Positions 29,913-40,467 of a stretch of DNA of 64,000 nucleotides are shown here, piece by piece. Origin of the DNA: Clostridia bacterium (GTDB lineage: Bacteria; Bacillota; Clostridia; TANB77; CAG-508); the NCBI GenBank assembly GCA_017510825.1, contig JAFWMA010000010.1:21647-85646 (forward strand). Reading direction: 5' to 3'. The translations under genes were made by a program, and so were the position numbers. Numbering within the stretch: position 1 is the stretch's first letter; the number at the start of each line of letters is the position of its first letter. A model generated the notes under the pieces. That model saw only the letters and a program-made list of their open reading frames with translations. It made no database searches and was not told where the DNA came from.

Positions 29913-30032
29913 TATTGTGTAAAATTGAAAAAATAATTGAGTAATTAAAAAGGTCTGCAAAAAAACTGCATTTTTTTGCATAAAGCCTGTATTTAATTGC
30001 ATGTTTAACCTTAATGAAAGGAAATAAAAAAA

Positions 30033-32015
30033 ATGAATGTGATAGGAAAAATCATAGGAAATAGGTATGAAATTATTAAGGAAGTTGGATCAGGTGGTAT
30101 GGCAACTGTATATAAGGCTAAAGATCATGTGCTGAATAGAAATGTTGCTGTTAAAATATTGAGAGATGAGTATACAACAGATGCTGACTTTATAAAAAGA
30201 TTTAATACAGAAGCTCAGGCTGCTGCTAATATGCAACATCCTAATATTGTTTCAATTTATGATGTTGGTCATGAAGAGGAAAGTAATCTTTATTATATTG
30301 TAATGGAGTTGATTAAAGGGAAAACTTTAAAACAAATAATTAGTAAAGATGGTGTTCTTTCTTGGAAATGGTCAGTTAATATTGCAATTCAAATTGCATC
30401 TGCTTTGGAATTAGCACATAAAAATAGTATAGTACATAGGGATATTAAACCTCATAATATAATTATCACTGAAGATGGAGTTGCTAAGGTAACTGATTTT
30501 GGAATTGCAAAAGCTGTTTCAAATTCAACTATAACTGCATTTGGAAATACTATAGGTTCTGCTCATTATTTCTCACCAGAGCAGGCAAAGGGGAGTGTAA
30601 CAACTGATGAAAGGTCAGACATTTATTCATTAGGTGTTGTTATGTATGAAATGATTACTGGAAAGGTGCCGTTTGATGCGGATACACCTGTTGCAGTTGC
30701 CCTAAAACATATGCAGGAAGACCCAATAGAACCAATTGAAATAAATGATGAAATTCCAACTGCTGTTAATGATATTGTAATGAAGGCAATGCAAAAAGAT
30801 CCTATAAATAGGTATCAATCTGCTACTGAAATGTTAGCTGATTTAAGTGAGGCATTAAAAGATCCAGATGGTGATTTTGTTATTATAGAAAACAAAGATG
30901 GTGGATATACAAGGATAATGCCAGCTGTATCTGATGATGATATTGAAAGGAAAAAAGATAGAACAAGGACTAAAGAAAAAGATGGTTTTTTTAAACAACA
31001 TCCTAAGGCTAAAATAGCGATTATTATTTTAGGATTGATTGCTTTATTTGTTGTAGTATTTTTAATTACAAAATTAGTGCTTGATGGTGGTGGAAAGAAA
31101 AAAGTTGATGTTCCAGATTTGAAAGGAAAGACTCAAGCACAGGCTCAAAAAATAGTGGATGATTTGAAACTATCACTTGAAATAGGAGATCCACAACCAA
31201 GTAGTACTGTTGAGGAAGGAAAAATTATTTCGCAGGATCCAGAGTATAAAATGGGTGCACAAATTGAGGAAGGCTCAAAAATAAAGATTGTATTGAGCAA
31301 AGGACCTGAAACAAGTGAATTGCCGAATTTTGTAGATCAGAATATAGATGATACTAGAAAAAAAGCAAAAGAACTAGGTATTGAATTGGAGGAAACAAAG
31401 GAGAATAGCTCTACAGTTAATGAAGGTTTGATAATTAGTCAGGATCCAAAAGCGGGAACTGAAGTTAAAGCAGGAGATAAAATTAAAGTAGTTGTAAGTG
31501 CTGGAACTAAGAAAACAAAAGTTCCAACAGTTATAGGAATGGATGAAGGAACAGCTACTGCAACATTAAAAAATGCTAATCTGAAAGCTAATGTAAGTTA
31601 TAAGAGTGATGATAGTAAAGAAAATGGAAAAGTAATATCACAAAGTATAGATCAAGGCAAGGAAGTTGTAGAGGGAAGTACTGTTGATATTGTTGTTAAT
31701 AAAATAGAGGAGAAGAAACAAAGAAGCGTTAAAATCGAAGTTGAGGTTCCAAAATCATCTTCATCTGATTCATCTACAACTAATACTTCTGTGGGAGGTG
31801 ATTCTAAGGATGTTAGAGTTTTAGTTTTGGTAAATGGAAACAAATTATTTGATAGACTATCAAAACCTGGAGAAACAATTGATTGTGGTAAAGTATATGG
31901 AACAGCTGATGAAAAGAAAGAGGTAGAAGTCAAAGTTGATGGTAAAACAGAAAAAACTATAAGCTTTACAATGGATGAATATTATGATGGTGGAACAGTT
32001 AATATAAAACTATAG
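30033..32015 (+). CDS. prkC: Ser/Thr protein kinase with PASTA repeats
   Basis: GSGGMATVYKA, HRDIKPHN, DFG, TM segment, three PASTA-like repeats. Confidence 0.94.
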   Translation: MNVIGKIIGNRYEIIKEVGSGGMATVYKAKDHVLNRNVAVKILRDEYTTDADFIKRFNTEAQAAANMQHPNIVSIYDVGHEEESNLYYIVMELIKGKTLKQIISKDGVLSWKWSVNIAIQIASALELAHKNSIVHRDIKPHNIIITEDGVAKVTDFGIAKAVSNSTITAFGNTIGSAHYFSPEQAKGSVTTDERSDIYSLGVVMYEMITGKVPFDADTPVAVALKHMQEDPIEPIEINDEIPTAVNDIVMKAMQKDPINRYQSATEMLADLSEALKDPDGDFVIIENKDGGYTRIMPAVSDDDIERKKDRTRTKEKDGFFKQHPKAKIAIIILGLIALFVVVFLITKLVLDGGGKKKVDVPDLKGKTQAQAQKIVDDLKLSLEIGDPQPSSTVEEGKIISQDPEYKMGAQIEEGSKIKIVLSKGPETSELPNFVDQNIDDTRKKAKELGIELEETKENSSTVNEGLIISQDPKAGTEVKAGDKIKVVVSAGTKKTKVPTVIGMDEGTATATLKNANLKANVSYKSDDSKENGKVISQSIDQGKEVVEGSTVDIVVNKIEEKKQRSVKIEVEVPKSSSSDSSTTNTSVGGDSKDVRVLVLVNGNKLFDRLSKPGETIDCGKVYGTADEKKEVEVKVDGKTEKTISFTMDEYYDGGTVNIKL

Positions 32016-32040
32016 AATAAAGTCTGTATTAAATAAATTA

Positions 32041-32064
32041 AGGCGAGCAATGCTCGCCGATTTA
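32041..32064 (+). terminator. Candidate terminator after prkC
   Basis: GGCGAGCA-ATGCTCGCC hairpin, weak T tail. Confidence 0.5.
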
Positions 32065-32264
32065 ATTATAAGCTGTTAAAAAAATAGAGATATAATTCAG
32101 ATGATAATTTAAAGAAATTGCATAACAAAGAGATGAAAATATAGAAAATAATAAATAATAAATAATAAAAAAATAAAAGTATTATTATAGGATAGGATAA
32201 TTGTATTGATTGAATGGTATTGTAAATTTATGTATAATGAAATAAAAAGGAGTTATAAACAGTT

Positions 32265-33647
32265 ATGGTAGAAAATATGGAAACTTTGGTATCACTTTGC
32301 AAAAATAGAGGATTTGTTTATCCAGGGTCAGAAATCTATGGGGGATTAGCAAATTCATGGGATTATGGACCTCTAGGGGTTGAACTTAAAAACAATATTA
32401 AGGAAGCTTGGAGAAAGAAATTTGTACAGGAACAAAAAAATATTGTTGGATTAGATTCTGCAATTATAATGAATCCAGAGGTATGGGTTGCATCAGGTCA
32501 TGTTGGAGGATTTTCAGATCCACTAATTGATTGTAAAAATTGCAAAACCAGACATAGAGCGGATAAATTAATAGAAGAATGGGCTCACGAAAATGGTAAT
32601 GATATGATTGCTGATGGAATGAGTAATGAAGAACTAATTAACTTTATCAAGGAAAATTCTATTCCATGTCCTAATTGCGGGAAAACAAATTTTACAGATA
32701 TTCGCAAATTTAATTTATTGTTTAAAACATCTATTGGTGTTACAGAAGATAATAAGTCTGAAGTTTATTTAAGAGGTGAAACTTGTCAAGGAATTTTTGT
32801 TAATTTTAAAAATATTATTAGAACTTCAAGAAAAAAAGTTCCAATGGGTATTGCTCAAATTGGAAAAGCATTCAGAAATGAAATAACTCCTGGAAATTTT
32901 ATTTTTAGAACTCGTGAATTTGAACAAATGGAACTTGAATTTTTCTGCAAACCAGGAACAGATTTAGAATGGCATAAATACTGGAAAGAGTTTTGTAAAA
33001 ATTGGTTATTAAGTTTAGGTATAGAAGAAGGAAATATTAGACTTCGTGACCATTCAAAAGAGGAATTGTCATTTTACAGTAATGCTACAACAGATATAGA
33101 ATTTGCATTCCCGTTTGGATGGGGAGAACTTTGGGGAATTGCTGATAGAACGGATTATGATTTAAAACAGCATGCAGAATATTCAAAGCAAGACTTATCA
33201 TACTTAGATCCAACAACAAACGAAAAGTATATTCCGTATGTAATTGAACCATCACTTGGAGTTGATAGAGCAATGCTTGCAATACTATGTAACGCATATG
33301 AGTTGCAAGAGTTAGAAGATGGAGATAGCAGGGTTGTAATGCATTTACATCCAGTACTATCACCTTTCAAATTAGCAGTTTTACCATTATCTAAAAAATT
33401 GAGTGATAAAGCAAACGAAGTTCATGAAAAATTATCAAAGAAATTTAATTGCGACTATGATGAAACAGGCTCAATTGGAAAAAGATATAGAAGAGAAGAT
33501 GAAATAGGTACGCCTTTCTGTGTAACAGTAGATTTTGATACACTAGAGGACAATCAAGTAACAGTAAGAGATAGAGACACAATGGAACAAATCAGAATGC
33601 CTATTGTTGAAGTAGAGAGATATATAAGTGAGAAAATAGAATTTTAA
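32265..33647 (+). CDS. glyQS: Glycyl-tRNA synthetase (alpha2 type)
   Basis: [32 protein letters not shown], 460 aa; exact start (32265/32277/32280) uncertain. Confidence 0.95.
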   Translation: MVENMETLVSLCKNRGFVYPGSEIYGGLANSWDYGPLGVELKNNIKEAWRKKFVQEQKNIVGLDSAIIMNPEVWVASGHVGGFSDPLIDCKNCKTRHRADKLIEEWAHENGNDMIADGMSNEELINFIKENSIPCPNCGKTNFTDIRKFNLLFKTSIGVTEDNKSEVYLRGETCQGIFVNFKNIIRTSRKKVPMGIAQIGKAFRNEITPGNFIFRTREFEQMELEFFCKPGTDLEWHKYWKEFCKNWLLSLGIEEGNIRLRDHSKEELSFYSNATTDIEFAFPFGWGELWGIADRTDYDLKQHAEYSKQDLSYLDPTTNEKYIPYVIEPSLGVDRAMLAILCNAYELQELEDGDSRVVMHLHPVLSPFKLAVLPLSKKLSDKANEVHEKLSKKFNCDYDETGSIGKRYRREDEIGTPFCVTVDFDTLEDNQVTVRDRDTMEQIRMPIVEVERYISEKIEF

Positions 33648-33656
33648 TGTGTATAG

Positions 33657-33743
33657 TAAGGGATGACTCTTTGTGTGTAGTTATATAATACAATAAAAAT
33701 CAAAGAAGGTATAAAACAAATATGACTAAGGGATAGCGCTTTG
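33657..33743 (-). repeat. Two degenerate REP-like remnants
   Basis: TAAGGGATGACTCTTTG (33657-33673) and TAAGGGATAGCGCTTTG (33727-33743) resemble TTTGGGATGACCCTTTTT of the array. Confidence 0.4.
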
Positions 33744-33751
33744 AAAAAATT

Positions 33752-33942
33752 ATGCCAGAATATTTAAAACATGATATAGACGAATATATGAAATATCAAG
33801 ATGATCCAGCATGTACTGTTATTGCTTGCTTGATGAGATTTATGGCTCGACTAATTCAGCATATTGGGATAATGAAATTTCAGAAGAGCAAGCAAACTAT
33901 TTAAGAGACAAATATTATTTTAGACATGGGAAGGATAAATAA
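33752..33942 (+). pseudogene. Possible frameshifted small gene
   Basis: MPEYLKHDIDEYMKYQDDPACTVIA... continues plausibly in the +2-shifted frame as LLDEIYGSTNSAYWDNEISEEQANYLRDKYYFRHGKDK*. Confidence 0.3.
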
Positions 33943-34074
33943 TGGAATTAGTAAATTTTTCAAGTTGCAGAATAGATAACACTAGAATTTGAGCTTGTCA
34001 AGTTTAGTGTGGTGCGACTGTGCGAAGAAGGATGCGAAGAGTGACACCTACTTTTTGACTTAACATAATTAGAT

Positions 34075-34139
34075 ATGTCAATATATAGCAATAACTAAAA
34101 AAGCTAATTGCTACATATTGACATTTTATTTTGTGTTTT
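34075..34139 (+). terminator. 18-bp AT-rich hairpin + T-tract (terminator-like)
   Basis: ATGTCAATATATAGCAAT / ATTGCTACATATTGACAT (1 mismatch) followed by TTTATTTTGTGTTTT. Confidence 0.5.
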
Positions 34140-34189
34140 GAGGGACACTTTCCGAAAACAGGTCATTGCTGTTTGTGAAAGGTGTCTCC
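34140..34189. repeat. GGGACAC-type palindromic element
   Basis: GAGGGACACTTTCCGAAAACAG pairs with CTGTTTGTGAAAGGTGTCTCC; resembles the AGGACACTCC variant at 29903. Confidence 0.5.
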
Positions 34190-34235
34190 AGAAACATCAC
34201 CTAAAATACTTTTTTCACAAATCTTTCTTAAAGTA

Positions 34236-34264
34236 TTGCCACGAAAGGTAAAAAATGATAAAAT
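34236..34264 (+). promoter_or_regulatory. Candidate ileS promoter
   Basis: TTGCCA-17 bp-TAAAAT. Confidence 0.5.
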
Positions 34265-34317
34265 ATAATGGCGAATATAGTAAAAAAACAACTTTAGACA
34301 GAGAGAGGAGAATTGCT

Positions 34318-37107
34318 ATGAGTGAAGAAAAGAAAAATTATGGTGAAACTTTAAACTTGCCAAAAACTGATTTTCCAATGAGAGGAGGGCTTCCTAAAAA
34401 AGAGCCTGAAATTCAAAAAGAAGTTTTTGAGAATGGATTATATGAAAAAGTATTAAAGAAAAATGCAGGACATGATCATTATGTGTTGCATGATGGACCT
34501 CCATATGCAAATGGAGAAATTCATGCAGGGCATGCATTAAATAAAGTTTTAAAAGATACTATAATTAGATATAAATCAATGAGAGGATATTATTCTCCTT
34601 TTATTCCAGGGTATGATACTCATGGAATGCCAACTGAAAAGAAAGCAATTGAAAAATTAGGATTAGATAGAAATAAAATTCCTGTAACAAAATTTAGAGA
34701 TACTTGTAAGGAATTTACGGCTAACTACAAGGATGTTCAAACAGAAGGATTTAAAAGACTTGGTGTTCTAGCAGACTGGGATAATCCATATATAACTTAT
34801 GATACAAAAATGGAAGCAAGGCAAATTGGTATTTTTGGTGATATGTACAAAAAGGGATACATCTATAAAGGATTGAAACCAGTGTACTGGTGTACTGACT
34901 GCGAAACTGCATTAGCAGAAGCAGAGATTGAATATAAAGATTTAACATCAACATCTGCATATGTAAAATTTCTAGTTGATGACGCAAAAGGTGTATTTGA
35001 ATGTAAAGATGTTTCATTTGTAATTTGGACCACAACACCATGGACTTTGCCAGGAAACACAGGTATTACGATAGGAAAAGATTTTGAATATAGCTTAGTA
35101 AAGGTTACATATCCAGAAGGACTAAAAGCTCTAGATGGAACTGATTCAGAGAAATTAATTATTGCAACAGAATTGCTTGGAAAAGTAATGGAATTAGCAG
35201 GAATTGAAGAATATAGAACAGTAAAAACATATAAGGGAAGTGAACTTGAGGGAATTCTTTGTAAACATCCATTTTTAGATAGAACTTCAAAAGTTGTTAT
35301 GGGAAGCGAAGTAACAGTAAATGTTGATTTAGAAGAAGGAACGGGTTGTGTTCATACAGCACCTAGCTATGGTAAAGAAGACTATGCACAGGGATTGAAG
35401 GATAATTTACCAATTATAGTTACTGTAAATGGAAAAGGAATTCAAGGAGAAGGAGCTGGTCCATTTAATGGAATGTTTTATGCTAAATCAAATAAAGAAA
35501 TTGTAAAGTGGCTTGAAGAAAACAATTATTTACTTAAAGAAACAAAAATAGAGCATTCATATCCACATTGTTGGAGATGTAAGAAACCTGTTATATTCAG
35601 AGCAACAGATCAATGGTTTGCTTCAATTGATGGGTTTAGAGATGATGTTTTGAAAGCTATAAAAACTGTTACATGGCACCCAGACTGGGGTGAAGACAGA
35701 ATGACTGAAATGATAAAGGGAAGAAATGATTGGTGTATATCAAGACAACGTACATGGGGAGTTCCACTTCCAATATTCTATTGTAAAGATTGCAATGAGC
35801 CTTATGTAACAGAGGAATCAATTAACAAAATTCAAAATATAGTAAAAGATGAAGGCACAAATGTATGGTGGGATAAAGATGCAAAAGACTTAATGCCAAC
35901 AGGAGCAAAATGTGCAAAATGTGGTTGTACAGAATTTATAAAAGAAAAAGATATTATGGATGTATGGTTTGACTCAGGATCAACACATCAAAGTGTATTA
36001 GTTGAAAGAGGACTAGACTATCCAGCTGACTTATATTTAGAAGGAAATGACCAATATAGAGGATGGTTCCAATCTTCATTACTTACTTCAGTTGCAACAA
36101 AGAATAAAGCTCCATATAAAGAGGTTTTATGTTGTGGAATGGTTGTAGATGGTGAAGGAAAGAAAATGTCTAAAAGTTTAGGGAATGGAATTGCGCCTGA
36201 GGTAGTTTGTAGCAAGTATGGTGCAGATATAATGAGACTTTGGGCTTTATCATCTGATTATGCATTAGATGTTAACTTATCAGATGATATATTAAAAGGT
36301 ATTTCAGATGTATATAGAAAAATTAGAAATACTGCAAGATATATTTTAGGAAATACATTTGATTATAATCCAGATGAGCCTGTTGATTATGAAGATTTAG
36401 AAGAAATAGACAGGTGGGCACTAACAAGATTAAATAGATTAATAGATAATTGTATAAAAGAATATGATAGATTTAATTTTAAAGCATGTTATCATCATGT
36501 AAACCAATTTTGCGTAGTTGATATGAGTAGTTTTTATCTAGATATAATAAAAGATAGATTATATACTGAAAAAGCAGATTCAATATTAAGAAAGTCTGCA
36601 CAAACAACAATGTATTATATTTTAGATGCTTTAGTAAAAATATTAACACCTATGACTTGCTTTACTGCAGAAGAAATATGGAAAGAAATGAAACATACTA
36701 AAGAAGAAAAAGTTGAAAGTCCAATGCTAACAGATTATCCAGAAGTAAATTTTAAATGGAGTGATGAAAAGTTAGCTAAAAAATGGGAAAAGATTATTGA
36801 GATAAAAAATATAGTATCTAAGCAATTAGAATTATCAAGAGCAGAAAAAATGATAGGAAATGCATTGGATGCTCAAGTAACAATAAGAGCTAATCAAGAA
36901 GAATATAAATTTTTGAAAGAAAATGAAAAACTAGTTAAAGAATCATTAATAGTTTCAGAATTAAAACTAGTAGCAAAGGATAATTTAAAGGAGATTGAAG
37001 TATCAGTTGCACATGCAAATGGTGAAAAATGTGAAAGATGTTGGCAATATCATGAACATTTAACAAAAGAAGGATTGTGTAATCGTTGTGCAAAAGTTTG
37101 CAGTTAG
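34318..37107 (+). CDS. ileS: Isoleucyl-tRNA synthetase
   Basis: Start ATG 34318 after GAGAGGAG (MSEEKKNYGETLNLPKTDFPMRG); HAGH (HIGH-type), KMSKS, C-terminal CERCW...CNRC. Confidence 0.96.
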   Translation: MSEEKKNYGETLNLPKTDFPMRGGLPKKEPEIQKEVFENGLYEKVLKKNAGHDHYVLHDGPPYANGEIHAGHALNKVLKDTIIRYKSMRGYYSPFIPGYDTHGMPTEKKAIEKLGLDRNKIPVTKFRDTCKEFTANYKDVQTEGFKRLGVLADWDNPYITYDTKMEARQIGIFGDMYKKGYIYKGLKPVYWCTDCETALAEAEIEYKDLTSTSAYVKFLVDDAKGVFECKDVSFVIWTTTPWTLPGNTGITIGKDFEYSLVKVTYPEGLKALDGTDSEKLIIATELLGKVMELAGIEEYRTVKTYKGSELEGILCKHPFLDRTSKVVMGSEVTVNVDLEEGTGCVHTAPSYGKEDYAQGLKDNLPIIVTVNGKGIQGEGAGPFNGMFYAKSNKEIVKWLEENNYLLKETKIEHSYPHCWRCKKPVIFRATDQWFASIDGFRDDVLKAIKTVTWHPDWGEDRMTEMIKGRNDWCISRQRTWGVPLPIFYCKDCNEPYVTEESINKIQNIVKDEGTNVWWDKDAKDLMPTGAKCAKCGCTEFIKEKDIMDVWFDSGSTHQSVLVERGLDYPADLYLEGNDQYRGWFQSSLLTSVATKNKAPYKEVLCCGMVVDGEGKKMSKSLGNGIAPEVVCSKYGADIMRLWALSSDYALDVNLSDDILKGISDVYRKIRNTARYILGNTFDYNPDEPVDYEDLEEIDRWALTRLNRLIDNCIKEYDRFNFKACYHHVNQFCVVDMSSFYLDIIKDRLYTEKADSILRKSAQTTMYYILDALVKILTPMTCFTAEEIWKEMKHTKEEKVESPMLTDYPEVNFKWSDEKLAKKWEKIIEIKNIVSKQLELSRAEKMIGNALDAQVTIRANQEEYKFLKENEKLVKESLIVSELKLVAKDNLKEIEVSVAHANGEKCERCWQYHEHLTKEGLCNRCAKVCS

Positions 37108-37151
37108 AGGGAGCGCAATTTTTGCAATTTGGGACGACCATTTTTTGCAAG
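37088..37151 (-). repeat. REP-like units overlapping the ileS 3' end and flanking the RAYT gene (left flank)
   Basis: GCAAAAGTTTGCAGTTAGAGGGAGCGC then CAATTTTTGCAATTTGGGACGACCATTTTTTGCAAG. Confidence 0.85.
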
Positions 37152-37262
37152 AATTTTGAAAAAACTTAAAATATGATTATGATATATGTTTATAAATAAT
37201 ATTAATTAATGATTAGTAAATAAGTGGGGGTATTATTCTAATCAAAGATTGGAGGTAATAGT

Positions 37263-38006
37263 ATGCCTAGAATTTCTAGAGAATCATTAATAGGGAAAAA
37301 TGTTTTTCATGTTATGACACAGGGAATAAAAAAAGAGAACATTTTTAAATATGAAAGAAAAAAATATGAATATATTAAACTAATGAAAAAACTAAAAGAT
37401 GATTATAATATAAAATTGATTTCATATTGTATGATGGATAATCATGCGCATATATTAATTAATACAAGTAAAATAAAAAGTATGACTGAGTTTATGCACA
37501 AATTAAATACACTATATGGAATTTATTATAATAAAAGTTTAGATAGAATAGGTTATGTTTTTAGGAATAGATTTGAAACTCAGCCAATCATAAATATTAG
37601 TTATTTGCATAACTGTATACTATATATACACAATAATCCTGTCAAAGCAGGAATTTGTGAAAATGCTAAGCAATATAAGTTTTCTAGCTATTATTATTTC
37701 TATAAAGAAAACAATAATATCTTTAAAAGATTGTTTAAAAATCTTAATGAATATAATATGGCGCATAAGAGGGCTATTAGAAAAGTCTATTTAATAGAAG
37801 ATGAAGACGATGTAAAAAGAGAAATTGTGAGCGAAATTACGGAGTACCTTAGATTAAATAAAAGAAATAAAATAGAGTTAAAAGCGGATAAGGAATTATT
37901 GAAACCAATTGCTAAAAGATTAAAAAATATCTATGGTCTCTCAAATGAAAAAAATGGTAAATATTTAGATGTTAGTAGAGAAAAAATAAGATATATTTTA
38001 AAATAG
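37263..38006 (+). CDS. REP-associated tyrosine transposase (RAYT; HUH/Y1, IS200-like fold) with C-terminal HTH-like tail
   Basis: HUH motif MMDNHAHILI, catalytic-Tyr motif LYIHNNPVKAG, YVFRNRF; flanked by inverted REPs; no tnpB partner. Confidence 0.85.
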   Translation: MPRISRESLIGKNVFHVMTQGIKKENIFKYERKKYEYIKLMKKLKDDYNIKLISYCMMDNHAHILINTSKIKSMTEFMHKLNTLYGIYYNKSLDRIGYVFRNRFETQPIINISYLHNCILYIHNNPVKAGICENAKQYKFSSYYYFYKENNNIFKRLFKNLNEYNMAHKRAIRKVYLIEDEDDVKREIVSEITEYLRLNKRNKIELKADKELLKPIAKRLKNIYGLSNEKNGKYLDVSREKIRYILK

Positions 38007-38007
38007 A

Positions 38008-38128
38008 GGGGGACCTTTTAGAAAAAGTTTGATAAAAAAGATGGGCTATTTTAACGAAAGTTTGCTAAAATAGGTCGTCCCAAATTGCAATTTTTTGCTA
38101 AAAAGGGCTGTTCTAAATGACAAAGAGG
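38008..38128 (+). repeat. Array of four ~32-33-nt REP-like units (right flank of RAYT)
   Basis: Units at 38008, 38040, 38073, 38105; the third is near-consensus, the others degenerate. Confidence 0.8.
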
Positions 38129-38136
38129 ACGTGGAA

Positions 38137-39243
38137 ATGAAACTTAGTGAATTTAATTATGATTTGCCTGAAGAACTGATTGCTCAAGTTCCAATTCAGA
38201 ATAGAGACCAGTCAAGATTGATGGTATTAGATAGAAAGAGTAAAAAAATTGAAGATAGAATTTTTAAAGAGATAATTGAATATTTAGAGCCAGGAGACTG
38301 TTTGGTAAGAAATAATACTAAAGTTATTCCTGCAAGATTATATGGAAAAAAAGAAACTGGTGCAAATGTTGAGTTTGTCCTTTTAAAAAATATAGAAGGT
38401 GATATTTGGGAAGCGATGGTAAGACCGGGAAATAAACTTCATTCTGGTGCTAAGGTGTTCTTCGAAATAGAAAACAAACAGAAAGTGGAGCTTAGAGAGT
38501 CTGAAAACAAAATATCTAATAAGAATATAGATAATGTAGAGAAAAGTTCTAAAACATTGTTAGTTGCAAAAATTCTTAGTTCCACTGATGATGGAACAAG
38601 AATTGTAAAGTTTTCTTATAATGGAATTTTTAATGAAATTCTTGATCAAATTGGGTTAATGCCATTACCACCATATATTCACGAATCTTTAAAGGAAAAA
38701 GATAGATATCAGACAGTTTATGCTAAATATAATGGATCTGCAGCGGCTCCAACAGCAGGACTTCATTTTACTCCAGAGCTTATTGATAAAATTAAAAAAA
38801 AGGGAGTTGAAATTGCAAATGTAACTTTGCATGTTGGGATTGGGACTTTTAGACCTGTTAAAGAAGAGAATATTGAAGATCATAAAATGCATACTGAGCA
38901 TTATCAAATAAAAAAGGAAGATGCTGATAAAATTAATAAAGCAAAAAGAGATGGAAAAAAAGTAATTGCAGTTGGAACAACATCTTGTAGAACTTTGGAA
39001 TCTGTTGCAGATGTAAATGGAATTGTAAAAGAATGTGAGGGAGATACCGGTATTTATATATATCCTGGATATAAATTTAAATGTGTTGATTCTTTAATAA
39101 CTAATTTTCATTTACCAGAATCAACATTGATAATGTTAGTTTCTGCATTTGCGGGAAGAGAGTATGTAATGGAAGCATATAGGTATGCTGTGAATGAAAA
39201 GTATAGATTTTTTAGTTTCGGTGATGCAATGCTTATTAAATAA
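38137..39243 (+). CDS. queA: S-adenosylmethionine:tRNA ribosyltransferase-isomerase
   Basis: Start ATG 38137 ([17 protein letters not shown]); the track start at 38095 lies inside the REP array; C-terminal [11 protein letters not shown]. Confidence 0.95.
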   Translation: MKLSEFNYDLPEELIAQVPIQNRDQSRLMVLDRKSKKIEDRIFKEIIEYLEPGDCLVRNNTKVIPARLYGKKETGANVEFVLLKNIEGDIWEAMVRPGNKLHSGAKVFFEIENKQKVELRESENKISNKNIDNVEKSSKTLLVAKILSSTDDGTRIVKFSYNGIFNEILDQIGLMPLPPYIHESLKEKDRYQTVYAKYNGSAAAPTAGLHFTPELIDKIKKKGVEIANVTLHVGIGTFRPVKEENIEDHKMHTEHYQIKKEDADKINKAKRDGKKVIAVGTTSCRTLESVADVNGIVKECEGDTGIYIYPGYKFKCVDSLITNFHLPESTLIMLVSAFAGREYVMEAYRYAVNEKYRFFSFGDAMLIK

Positions 39244-39255
39244 TAAAACAAATGA

Positions 39256-40464
<1,209 letters not shown>

Positions 40465-40467
40465 AAT

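Larger units (their letters stand above)
37088..38128. mobile_element. REPtron (RAYT gene plus flanking inverted REP units)
   Basis: TTGCAATTTGGGACGACC (37122-37139) is the exact reverse complement of GGTCGTCCCAAATTGCAA (38073-38090). Confidence 0.8.

Noticed and set aside
32016-32264. T-box or other riboswitch upstream of glyQS (the regions upstream of metG at 22632-22784 and lysS at 47324-47510 were also checked)
   Set aside because: No GGUGGUACCGCG-like T-box sequence or terminator/antiterminator pair was seen. These regions are simple AT-rich promoters. By-eye scanning could miss diverged elements.
34255-34317. The longer ileS start (MIKYNGEYSKK...) given by the ORF track
   Set aside because: The ATG at 34255 lies inside the predicted promoter and has no RBS. 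ATG 34318 has GAGAGGAG upstream and yields the canonical IleRS N-terminus.
37263-38006. Autonomous IS200/IS605 insertion sequence
   Set aside because: There is no tnpB/iscB partner and no subterminal IS hairpins distinct from the genome-wide repeat. The flanks are the dispersed REP units themselves, so a domesticated RAYT/REPtron is the better reading. Copy number in the full genome is unknown.
38095-38136. The longer queA start at 38095
   Set aside because: That TTG lies within a REP unit. ATG 38137 gives the conserved [17 protein letters not shown] start with an AGAGGA RBS.
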